From Eledone cirrhosa (lineage: Eukaryota): a stretch of 64,000 nt of DNA. Where the stretch lies: the NCBI GenBank assembly GCA_964016885.1, contig OZ024744.1, positions 119,908,001-119,972,000 of the forward strand, written 5' to 3'. This document shows, one piece after another, positions 1 to 12,300 of this stretch. Each line of letters begins with the position of its first letter. The first letter of the stretch is position 1. Below the pieces are notes generated by a model. The model was not told the DNA's origin. It worked only from the letters and a program-made list of their open reading frames with translations, and made no database searches. The position numbers and the translations under genes were made by a program.

Positions 1-1661
1 TCAATTCAGAGATTCTTTCCAGAGACATTCTAACCACATGTCATAGTATCGGAACTGTGATCTCTCAATTCAGAGATTCTTTCCTGAGACATTCTAACCA
101 CATGTCATAGTATCAGAGCTGTGATATCTCAATTCAGAGATTCTTTCCTGACACATTCTAGCCACATGTCATAGTATCAGAGCTGTGATCTCTCAATTTA
201 GATATTCTTTCCTGAGATATTCTAACCACATGTCATAGTATTAGAGCTGTGATCCCTCAATTCAGAGATTCTTTCCTGAGACATTCTAACCACATGTCTG
301 TAGTATCAGAGCTGTATGCTCTCAATTCAGAGATTCTTTCCTGAGACATTCTAACCACATGTCATAGTATCGGAGCTGTGATCTCTCAATTCAGAGATTC
401 TTTCCTGAGATATTCTAACCACATATCATAGTATCAGAGCTGTGATATCTCAATTCAGAGATTCTTTCCTGAGATATTCTAACCACATGTCATAGTTACA
501 GAGCTGTGATCTCTCTATTCAGAGATTCTTTCTTGAGACATTCTAACTCCATGTCCACAGTATCAGAGCTGTGATCTCTCAATTTAGAGATTCTTTCCTG
601 AGATATTCTAACTACATGTCATAGTATCAGAGCTGTGATCTCTCAATTTAGATATTCTTTCGTGAGATATTCTAACCACATGTCATAGTATTAGAGCTGT
701 GATCTCTCAATTCAGAGATTCTTTCCTGAGACTTTCTAACCACATGTCTGTAGTATCAGAGCTGTATGCTCTCAATTCAGAGATTCTTTCCAGAGACATT
801 CTAACCACATGTCATAGTATCGGAACTGTGATCTCTCAATTCAGAGATTCTTTCCTGAGACATTCTAACCACATGTCATAGTATCAGAGCTGTGATATCT
901 CAATTCAGAGATTCTTTCCTGACACATTCTAGCCACATGTCATAGTATCAGAGCTGTGATCTCTCAATTTAGATATTCTTTCCTGAGATATTCTAACCAC
1001 ATGTCATAGTATTAGAGCTGTGATCCCTCAATTCAGAGATTCTTTCCTGAGACATTCTAACCACATGTCTGTAGTATCAGAGCTGTATGCTCTCAATTCA
1101 GAGATTCTTTCCTGAGACATTCTAACCACATGTCATAGTATCGGAGCTGTGATCTCTCAATTCAGAGATTCTTTCCTGAGATATTCTAACCACATGTCAT
1201 AGTTACAGAGCTGTGATCTCTCTATTCAGAGATTCTTTCTTGAGACATTCTAACTCCATGTCCACAGTATCAGAGCTGTGATCTCTCAATTTAGAGATTC
1301 TTTCCTGAGATATTCTAACTACATGTCATAGTATCAGAGCTGTGATCTCTCAATTTAGAAGTTCTTTCAAGAGATATTCTAACCACATGTCATAGTATCA
1401 GAGCTGTGATCTCTCAATTTAGAGATTCTTTCCTGAGATATTCTAACCACATGCCATAGTATTAGAGATGTGATCTCTCAATTCAGAGATTCTTTCCTGA
1501 GACATTCTAACCACATGTCATAGTATCTGAGCTGTTATCTCTCAATTCAGAGATTCTTTCCTGAGACATTCTAACCACATGTCATAGGATCAGAGTTGTG
1601 ATCTCTCAATTCAGAGATTCTTTCCTGAGATATTCTAACCACATGTCATAGTATTAGAGCT

Positions 1662-2600
1662 GTGATCTCTCAATTCCGAGATTCTTTCCTGAGACATTCT
1701 AACCACATGTCTGTAGTATCAGAGCTGTATGCTCTCAATTCAGAGATTCTTTCCAGAGACATTCTAACCACATGTCATAGTATCGGAGCTGTGATCTCTC
1801 AATTCAGAGATTCTTTCCTGAGACATTCTAACCACATGTCATAGTATCAGAGCTGTGATATCTCAATTCAGAGATTCTTTCCTGACACATTCTAACCACA
1901 AGTCATAGTATCAGAGCTGTGATCTCTCAATTTAGATATTCTTTCGTGAGATATTCTAACCACATGTCATAGTATTAGAGCTGTGATCTCTCAATTCAGA
2001 GATTCTTTCCTGAGACTTTCTAACCACATGTCTGTAGTATCAGAGCTGTATGCTCTCAATTCAGAGATTCTTTCCAGAGACATTCTAACCACATGTCATA
2101 GTATCGGAGCTGTGATCTGTCAATTCAGAGATTCTTTCCTGAGACATTCTAACCACATGTCATAGTATCAGAGCTGTGATATCTCAATTCAGAGATTCTT
2201 TCCTGACACATTCTAGCCACATGTCATAGTATCAGAGCTGTGATCTCTCAATTTAGATATTCTTTCCTGAGATATTCTAACCACATGTCATAGTATTAGA
2301 GCTGTGATCTCTCAATTCAGAGATTCTTTCCTGAGACATTCTAACCACATGTCTGTAGTATCAGAGCTGTATGCTCTCAATTCAGAGATTCTTTCCAGAG
2401 ACATTCTAACCACATGTCATAGTATCGGAGCTGTGATCTCTCAATTCAGAGATTCTTTCCTGACACATTCTAACCACATATCATAGTATCAGAGCTGTGA
2501 TATCTCAATTCAGAGTTTCTTTCCTGACACATTCTAGCCACATGTCATAGTATCAGAGCTGTGATCTCTCAATTTAGATATTCTTTCCTGAGATATTCTA
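1662..2600. repeat. 5-monomer higher-order unit (321 bp = 4x64 + 65), about 3 tandem copies here and recurring elsewhere
   Basis: The order of variants is fixed (TATTAGAG / GTCTGTAG-TATGC / ATCGGAG / GATATC-GACAC / TTTAGATAT). Repeat-derived ORF starts are spaced exactly 321 bp: 1662, 1983, 2304; also 7125/7446, 9502/9823, 11621/11942, 20295/20616. Confidence 0.9.
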
Positions 2601-3484
2601 ACCACATACCATAATATTAGAGATGTGATCTCTCAATTCAGAGATTCTTTCCTGAGACATTCTAACCACATGTCATAGTATCTGAGCTGTTATCTCTCAA
2701 TTCAGAGATTCTTTCCTGAGACATTCTAACCACATGGCATAGTATCAGAGCTGTGATATCACAATTCAGAGATTCTTTCCTGAGATATTCTAACCACATG
2801 TCATAGTTACAGAGCTGTGATCTCTCTATTCAGAGATTCTTTCTTGAGACATTCTAACTCCATGTCCACAGTATCAGAGCTGTGATCTCTCAATTTAGAG
2901 ATTCTTTCCTGAGATATTCTAACTACATGTCATAGTATCAGAGCTGTGATCTCTCAATTTAGAGATTCTTTCAAGAGATATTCTAACCACATGTCATAGT
3001 ATCAGAGCTGTGTTCTCTCAATTCAGAGATTCTTTCCTGAGACATTCTAACCACATGTAATAGTATTAGATCTGTGATCTCTCAATTTAGAGATTCTTTC
3101 CTGAGACATTCTAACTCCATGTCCACAGTATCAGAGCTGTGATCTCTCAATTTAGAGATTCTTTCCTGAGATATTCTAACCACATGCCATAGTATTAGAG
3201 ATGTGATCTCTCAATTCAGAGATTCTTTCCTGAGACATTCTAACCACATGTCATAGTATCTGAGCTGTTATCTCTCAATTCAGAGATTCTTTCCTGAGAC
3301 ATTCTAACCACATGTCATAGTATCAGAGCTGTGATCTCTCAATTCAGAGATTCTTTCCTGAGACATTCTAACCACATGTAATAGTATTAGATCTGTGATC
3401 TCTCAATTTAGAGATTCTTTCCTGAGATATTCTAACCACATGTCATAGTATCAGAGTTGTGATCTCTCAATTCAGAGATTCTTT

Positions 3485-3774
3485 CATGGGATATAGAATA
3501 TATCACATGTCATATTATCAGAGCTGTGATCTCTCAATTCAGAGATTCTTTCATGGGATATAGAATATATCACATGTCATATTATCAGAGCTGTGATCTC
3601 TCAATTCAGATATTCTTTCCTGAGATATTCTAACCACATGTCATATTATCAGAGTTGTGATCTCTCAATTCAGTGATTCTTTCATGGGATATAGAATATA
3701 TCACATGTCATATTATCAGAGCTGTGATCTCTCAATTCAGAGATTCTTTCATGGGATATAGAATATATCACATG
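3485..3774. repeat. Cluster of four 67-bp hairpin-variant monomers (CATGGGATATAGAATATATCACATG)
   Basis: Motif starts at 3485, 3552, 3683 and 3750 (67-bp monomers, 198-bp sub-duplication). Equivalent clusters start at 16399, 21734, 24696 and 35300. Confidence 0.92.
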
Positions 3775-6700
3775 TCATATTATCAGAGCTGTGATCTCTC
3801 AATTCAGATATTCTTTCCTGAGATATTCTAACCACATGTCATATTATCAGAGTTGTGATCTCTCAATTCAGTGATTCTTTCCTGAGATATTCTAACCAAA
3901 TGTCATAGTATCAGATCTGTGATATCTCAATTCAGAGATTCTTTCCTGAGACATTCTTACCACATGTCATAGTATCAGAGCTGTGATCTCTCAATTTAGA
4001 TATTCTTTCCTGAGATATTATAACCACATGTCATAGTATCAGAGCTGTGATCTCTCAATTTAGATATTCTTTCCTGAGATATTATAACCACATGTCATAG
4101 TATCAGAGCTGTGATCTCTCAATTCAGAGATTCTTTCCTGAGACATTCTAAGCTCGTCATAGTATCAGAGCTGTGATATCTCAATTCAGAGATTCTTTCC
4201 TGAGACATTCTAACCACATGTCATAGTATCAGAGCTGTGATCTCTCAATTTAGATCTTCTTTCCTGAGATATTCTAACCACATGTCATAGTATTTGAGCT
4301 GTGATCTTTGAATTCAGAGATTCTTCCCTGAGACATTCTAATCACATGTCTGTAGTATCAGAGCTGTATGCTCTCAATTCAGAGATTCTTTCCAGAGACA
4401 TTCTAACCACATGTCATAGTATCGGAGCTGTGATCTCTCAATTCAGAGATTCTTTCCTGACACATTCTAACCACATATCATAGTATCAGAGCTGTGATAT
4501 CTCAATTCAGAGTTTCTTTCCTGACACATTCTAGCCACATGTCATAGTATCAGAGCTGTGATCTCTCAATTTAGATATTCTTTCCTGAGATATTCTAACC
4601 ACATACCATAATATTAGAGATGTGATCTCTCAATTCAGAGATTCTTTCCTGAGACATTCTAACCACATGTCATAGTATCTGAGCTGTTATCTCTCAATTC
4701 AGAGATTCTTTCTTGAGACGTTCTAACCACATGGCATAGTATCAGAGCTGTGATATCTCAATTCTGAGATTCTTTCCTGAGATATTCTAACCACATGTCA
4801 TAGTATCAGAGCTGTGATCTCTCAATTCAGATATTCTTTCCTGAGACATTCTAACCACATGTCATAGGATCAGATTTGTGACCTCTCAATTCAGAGATTC
4901 TTTCCTGAGACATTCTAACCACATGTCTGTAGTATCAGAGCTGTATGCTCTCAATTCAGAGATTCTTTCCTGAGACATTCTAACCACATGTCATAGGATC
5001 AGATTTGTGACCTCTCAATTCAGAGATTCTTTCCTGAGACATTCTAACCACATGTCTGTAGTATCAGAGCTGTATGCTCTCAATTCAGAGATTCTTTCCT
5101 GAGACATTCTAACCACATGGCATAGTATCAGAGCTGTGATATCTCAATTCAGAGATTCTTTCCTGAGATATTCTAACCACATGTCATAGTATCAGAGCTG
5201 TGATCTCTCAATTCAGATATTCTTTCCTGAGACATTCTAACCACATGTCATAGGATCAGAGTTGTGATCTCTCAATTCAGAGATTCTTTCCTGAGATATT
5301 CTAACCACATGTCATAGTATCAGAGCTGTGATATCTCAATTCAGAGATTCTTTCCTGACACGTTCTAACCACATGTCATAGTATCAGAGCTGTGATCTCT
5401 CAATTTAGATATTCTTTCCTGAGATATTCTAACCACATGTCATAGTCTTAGAGCTATTATCTCTCAATTCAGAGATTCTTTCCTGAGACATTCTAATCAC
5501 ATGTCTGTAGTATCAGAGCTGTATGCTCTCAATTCAGAGATTCTTTCCAGAGACATTCTAACCACATGTCATAGTATCGGAGCTGTGATCTCTCAATTCA
5601 GAGTTTCTTTCCTGAGACATTCTAACCACATGTCATAGTGTCAGAGCTGTGATATCTCAATTCAGAGTTTCTTTCCTGACACATTCTAACCACATGTCAT
5701 AGTATCAGAGCTGTGATCTCTCAATTTAGATATTCTTTCCTGAGATATTCGAACCACATGTCATAGTATTAGAGCTGTGATCCCTCAATTCAGAGATTCT
5801 TTCCTGAGACATTCTAACCACATGTCTGTAGTATCAGAGCTGTATGCTCTCAATTCAGAGATTCTTTCCTGAGACATTCTAACCACATGTCATAGTATCG
5901 GAGCTGTGATCTCTCAATTCAGAGATTCTTTCCTGAGATATTCTAACCACATGTCATAGTATCAGAGCTGTGATATCTCAATTCAGAGATTCTTTCCTGA
6001 GATATTCTAACCACATGTCATAGTTACAGAGCTGTGATCTCTCTATTCAGAGATTCTTTCTTGAGACATTCTAACTCCATGTCCACAGTATCAGAGCTGT
6101 GATCTCTCAATTTAGAGATTCTTTCCTGAGATATTCTAACTACATGTCATAGTATCAGAGCTGTGATCTCTCAATTTAGAAGTTCTTTCAAGAGATATTC
6201 TAACCACATGTCATAGTATCAGAGCTGTGATCTCTCAATTCAGAGATTCTTTCCTGAGACATTCTAACCACATGTAATAGTATTAGATCTGTGATCTCTC
6301 AATTTAGAGATTCTTTCCTGAGACATTCTAAGTCCATGTCGACATTATCAGAGCTGTGATCTCTCAATTTAGAGATTCTTTCCTGAGATATTCTAACCAC
6401 ATGCCATAGTATTAGAGATGTGATCTCTCAATTCAGAGATTCTTTCCTGAGACATTCTAACCACATGTCATAATATCTGAGCTGTTATCTCTCAATTCAG
6501 AGATTCTTTCCTGAGACATTCTAACCACATGGCATAGTATCAGAGCGGTGATATCTCAATTCAGAGATTCTTTCCTGAGATATTCTAACCACATGTCATA
6601 GTATCAGAGCTGTGATCTCTCAATTCAGATATTCTTTCCTGAGACATTCTAACCACATGTCATAGGATCAGACTTGTGATCTCTCAATTCAGAGATTCTT

Positions 6701-9364
6701 TCCTGAGATATTCTAACCACATGTCATAGTATCAGAGCTGTGACCTCTCAATTCAGAGATTCTTTCCTGAGACATTCTAACCACATGTCTGTAGTATCAG
6801 AGCTGTATGCTCTCAATTCAGAGATTCTTTCCTGAGACATTCTAACCACATGTCATAATATCAGAGCTGTTATCTCTCAATTCAGAGATTCTTTCCTGAG
6901 ACATTCTAACCACATGGCATAGTATCAGAGCTGTGATATCTCAATTCAGAGATTCTTTCCTGAGATATTCTAACCACATGTCATAGTATCAGAGCTGTGA
7001 TCTCTCAATTCAGATATTCTTTCCTGAGACATTCTAACCACATGTCATAGGATCAGAGTTGTGATCTCTCAATTCAGAGATTCTTTCCTGAGATATTCTA
7101 ACCACATGTCATAGTATTAGAGCTGTGATCTCTCAATTCCGAGATTCTTTCCTGAGACATTCTAACCACATGTCTGTAGTATCAGAGCTGTATGCTCTCA
7201 ATTCAGAGATTCTTTCCAGAGACATTCTAACCACATGTCATAGTATCGGAGCTGTGATCTCTCAATTCAGAGATTCTTTCCTGAGACATTCTAACCACAT
7301 GTCATAGTATCAGAGCTGTGATATCTCAATTCAGAGATTCTTTCCTGACACATTCTAACCACAAGTCATAGTATCAGAGCTGTGATCTCTCAATTTAGAT
7401 ATTCTTTCGTGAGATATTCTAACCACATGTCATAGTATTAGAGCTGTGATCTCTCAATTCAGAGATTCTTTCCTGAGACTTTCTAACCACATGTCTGTAG
7501 TATCAGAGCTGTATGCTCTCAATTCAGAGATTCTTTCCAGAGACATTCTAACCACATGTCATAGTATCGGAGCTGTGATCTCTCAATTCAGAGATTCTTT
7601 CCTGAGACATTCAAACCACATGTCATAGGATCAGAGCTGTGATATCTCAATTCAGAGATTCTTTCCTGACACATTCTAGCCACATGTCATAGTATCAGAG
7701 CTGTGATCTCTCAATTTAGATATTCTTTCCTGAGATATTCTAACCACATGTCATAGTATTAGAGCTGTGATCTCTCAATTCAGAGATTCTTTCCTGAGAC
7801 ATTCTAACCACATGTCTGTAGTATCAGAGCTGTATGCTCTCAATTCAGAGATTCTTTCCTGAGACATTCTAACCACATGTCATAGTATCGGAGCTGTGAT
7901 CACTCAATTCAGAGATTCTTTCCTGAGATATTCTAACCACATGTCATAGTATCAGAGCTGTGATATCACAATTCAGAGATTCTTTCCTGAGATATTCTAA
8001 CCACATGTCATAGTTACAGAGCTGTGATCTCTCTATTCAGAGATTCTTTCTTGAGACATTCTAACTCCATGTCCACAGTATCAGAGCTGTGATCTCTCAA
8101 TTTAGAGATTCTTTCCTGAGATATTCTAACTACATGTCATAGTATCAGAGCTGTGATCTCTCAATTTAGAGATTCTTTCAAGAGATATTCTAACCACATG
8201 TCATAGTATCAGAGCTGTGATCTCTCAATTCAGAGATTCTTTCCTGAGACATTCTAACCACATGTAATAGTATTAGATCTGTGATCTCTCAATTTAGAGA
8301 TTCTTTCCTGAGACATTCTAACTCCATGTCCACAGTATCAGAGCTGTGATCTCTCAATTTAGAGATTCTTTCCTGAGACATTCTAACCACATGTCATAGG
8401 ATCAGATTTGTGACCTCTCAATTCAGAGATTCTTTCCTGAGACATTCTAACCACATGTCTGTAGTATCAGAGCTGTATGCTCTCAATTCAGAGATTCTTT
8501 CCTGAGACATTCTAACCACATGTCATAGGATCAGATTTGTGACCTCTCAATTCAGAGATTCTTTCCTGAGACATTCTAACCACATGTCTGTAGTATCAGA
8601 GCTGTATGCTCTCAATTCAGAGATTCTTTCCTGAGACATTCTAACCACATGTCATAGTATCGGAGCTGTGATCTCTCAATTCAGAGATTCTTTCCTGAGA
8701 CATTCTAACCACATGTAATAGTATTAGATCTGTGATCTCTCAATTTAGAGATTCTTTCCTGAGACATTCTAAGTCCATGTCCACATTATCAGAGCTGTGA
8801 TCTCTCAATTTAGAGATTCTTTCCTGAGATATTCTAACCACATGCCATAGTATTAGAGATGTGATCTCTCAATTCAGAGATTCTTTCCTGAGACATTCTA
8901 ACCACATGGCATAGTATCAGAGCTGTGATATCTCAATTCAGAGATTCTTTCCTGAGATATTCTAACCACATGTCATAGTATCAGAGCTGTGATCTCTCAA
9001 TTCAGATATTCTTTCCTGAGACATTCTAACCACATGTCATAGGATCAGACTTGTGATCTCTCAATTCAGAGATTCTTTCCTGAGATATTCTAACCACATG
9101 TCATAGTATCAGAGCTGTGACCTCTCAATTCAGAGATTCTTTCCTGAGACATTCTAACCACATGTCTGTAGTATCAGAGCTGTATGCTCTCAATTCAGAG
9201 ATTCTTTCCTGAGACATTCTAACCACATGTCATAATATCAGAGCTGTTATCTCTCAATTCAGAGATTCTTTCCTGAGACATTCTAACCACATGGCATAGT
9301 ATCGGAGCTGTGATATCTCAATTCAGAGATTCTTTCCTGAGATATTCTAACCACATGTCATAGT

Positions 9365-12300
9365 ATCAGAGCTGTGATCTCTCAATTCAGATATTCTTTC
9401 CTGAGACATTCTAACCACATGTCATAGGATCAGAGTTGTGATCTCTCAATTCAGAGATTCTTTCCTGAGATATTCTAACCACATGTCATAGTATTAGAGC
9501 TGTGATCTCTCAATTCCGAGATTCTTTCCTGAGACATTCTAACCACATGTCTGTAGTATCAGAGCTGTATGCTCTCAATTCAGAGATTCTTTCCAGAGAC
9601 ATTCTAACCACATGTCATAGTATCGGAGCTGTGATCTCTCAATTCAGAGATTCTTTCCTGAGACATTCTAACCACATGTCATAGTATCAGAGCTGTGATA
9701 TCTCAATTCAGAGATTCTTTCCTGACACATTCTAACCACAAGTCATAGTATCAGAGCTGTGATCTCTCAATTTAGATATTCTTTCGTGAGATATTCTAAC
9801 CACATGTCATAGTATTAGAGCTGTGATCTCTCAATTCAGAGATTCTTTCCTGAGACTTTCTAACCACATGTCTATAGTATCAGAGCTGTATGCTCTCAAT
9901 TCAGAGATTCTTTCCAGAGACATTCTAACCCCATGTCATAGTATCAGAGCTGTCATCTCTCAATTCAGAGATTCTTTCCTGAGACATTCTAACCACATGT
10001 CATAGTATCAGAGCTGTGATATCTCAATTCAGAGATTCTTTCCTGACACATTCTAGCCACATGTCATAGTATCAGAGCTGTGATCTCTCAATTTAGATAT
10101 TCTTTCCTGAGATATTCTAACCACATGTCATAGTATTAGAGCTGTGATCCCTCAATTCAGAGATTCTTTCCTGAGACATTCTAACCACATGTCTGTAGTA
10201 TCAGAGCTGTATGCTCTCAATTCAGAGATTCTTTCCTGAGACATTCTAACCACATGTCATAGTATCGGAGCTGTGATCTCTCAATTCAGAGATTCTTTCC
10301 TGAGATATTCTAACCACATATCATAGTATCAGAGCTGTGATATCTCAATTCAGAGATTCTTTCCTGAGATATTCTAACCACATGTCATAGTTACAGAGCT
10401 GTGATCTCTCTATTCAGAGATTCTTTCTTGAGACATTCTAACTCCATGTCCACAGTATCAGAGCTGTGATCTCTCAATTTAGAGATTCTTTCCTGAGATA
10501 TTCTAACTACATGTCATAGTATCAGAGCTGTGATCTCTCAATTTAGATATTCTTTCGTGAGATATTCTAACCACATGTCATAGTATTAGAGCTGTGATCT
10601 CTCAATTCAGAGATTCTTTCCTGAGACTTTCTAACCACATGTCTGTAGTATCAGAGCTGTATGCTCTCAATTCAGAGATTCTTTCCAGAGACATTCTAAC
10701 CACATGTCATAGTATCGGAACTGTGATCTCTCAATTCAGAGATTCTTTCCTGAGACATTCTAACCACATGTCATAGTATCAGAGCTGTGATATCTCAATT
10801 CAGAGATTCTTTCCTGACACATTCTAGCCACATGTCATAGTATCAGAGCTGTGATCTCTCAATTTAGATATTCTTTCCTGAGATATTCTAACCACATGTC
10901 ATAGTATTAGAGCTGTGATCCCTCAATTCAGAGATTCTTTCCTGAGACATTCTAACCACATGTCTGTAGTATCAGAGCTGTATGCTCTCAATTCAGAGAT
11001 TCTTTCCTGAGACATTCTAACCACATGTCATAGTATCGGAGCTGTGATCTCTCAATTCAGAGATTCTTTCCTGAGATATTCTAACCACATATCATAGTAT
11101 CAGAGCTGTGATATCTCAATTCAGAGATTCTTTCCTGAGATATTCTAACTACATGTCATAGTTACAGAGCTGTGATCTCTCTATTCAGAGATTCTTTCTT
11201 GAGACATTCTAACTCCATGTCCACAGTATCAGAGCTGTGATCTCTCAATTTAGAGATTCTTTCCTGAGATATTCTAACTACATGTCATAGTATCAGAGCT
11301 GTGATCTCTCAATTTAGAAGTTCTTTCAAGAGATATTCTAACCACATGTCATAGTATCAGAGCTGTGATCTCTCAATTTAGAGATTCTTTCCTGAGATAT
11401 TCTAACCACATGCCATAGTATTAGAGATGTGATCTCTCAATTCAGAGATTCTTTCCTGAGACATTCTAACCACATGTCATAGTATCTGAGCTGTTATCTC
11501 TCAATTCAGAGATTCTTTCCTGAGACATTCTAACCACATGTCATAGGATCAGAGTTGTGATCTCTCAATTCAGAGATTCTTTCCTGAGATATTCTAACCA
11601 CATGTCATAGTATTAGAGCTGTGATCTCTCAATTCCGAGATTCTTTCCTGAGACATTCTAACCACATGTCTGTAGTATCAGAGCTGTATGCTCTCAATTC
11701 AGAGATTCTTTCCAGAGACATTCTAACCACATGTCATAGTATCGGAGCTGTGATCTCTCAATTCAGAGATTCTTTCCTGAGACATTCTAACCACATGTCA
11801 TAGTATCAGAGCTGTGATATCTCAATTCAGAGATTCTTTCCTGACACATTCTAACCACAAGTCATAGTATCAGAGCTGTGATCTCTCAATTTAGATATTC
11901 TTTCGTGAGATATTCTAACCACATGTCATAGTATTAGAGCTGTGATCTCTCAATTCAGAGATTCTTTCCTGAGACTTTCTAACCACATGTCTGTAGTATC
12001 AGAGCTGTATGCTCTCAATTCAGAGATTCTTTCCAGAGACATTCTAACCACATGTCATAGTATCGGAGCTGTGATCTGTCAATTCAGAGATTCTTTCCTG
12101 AGACATTCTAACCACATGTCATAGTATCAGAGCTGTGATATCTCAATTCAGAGATTCTTTCCTGACACATTCTAGCCACATGTCATAGTATCAGAGCTGT
12201 GATCTCTCAATTTAGATATTCTTTCCTGAGATATTCTAACCACATGTCATAGTATTAGAGCTGTGATCTCTCAATTCAGAGATTCTTTCCTGAGACATTC

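Noticed and set aside
35-41. E-box (CACATG) and GATA-like transcription-factor sites in each monomer
   Set aside because: Six-base motifs are expected by chance, their abundance only reflects amplification, and there is no evidence of regulatory function.
1-70. Monomer derived from a triplicated ~21-bp subunit (TCAGAG at 21/43-bp spacing in the consensus)
   Set aside because: Similarity is limited to about 6 bp in two of three segments and is largely accounted for by the dyads.
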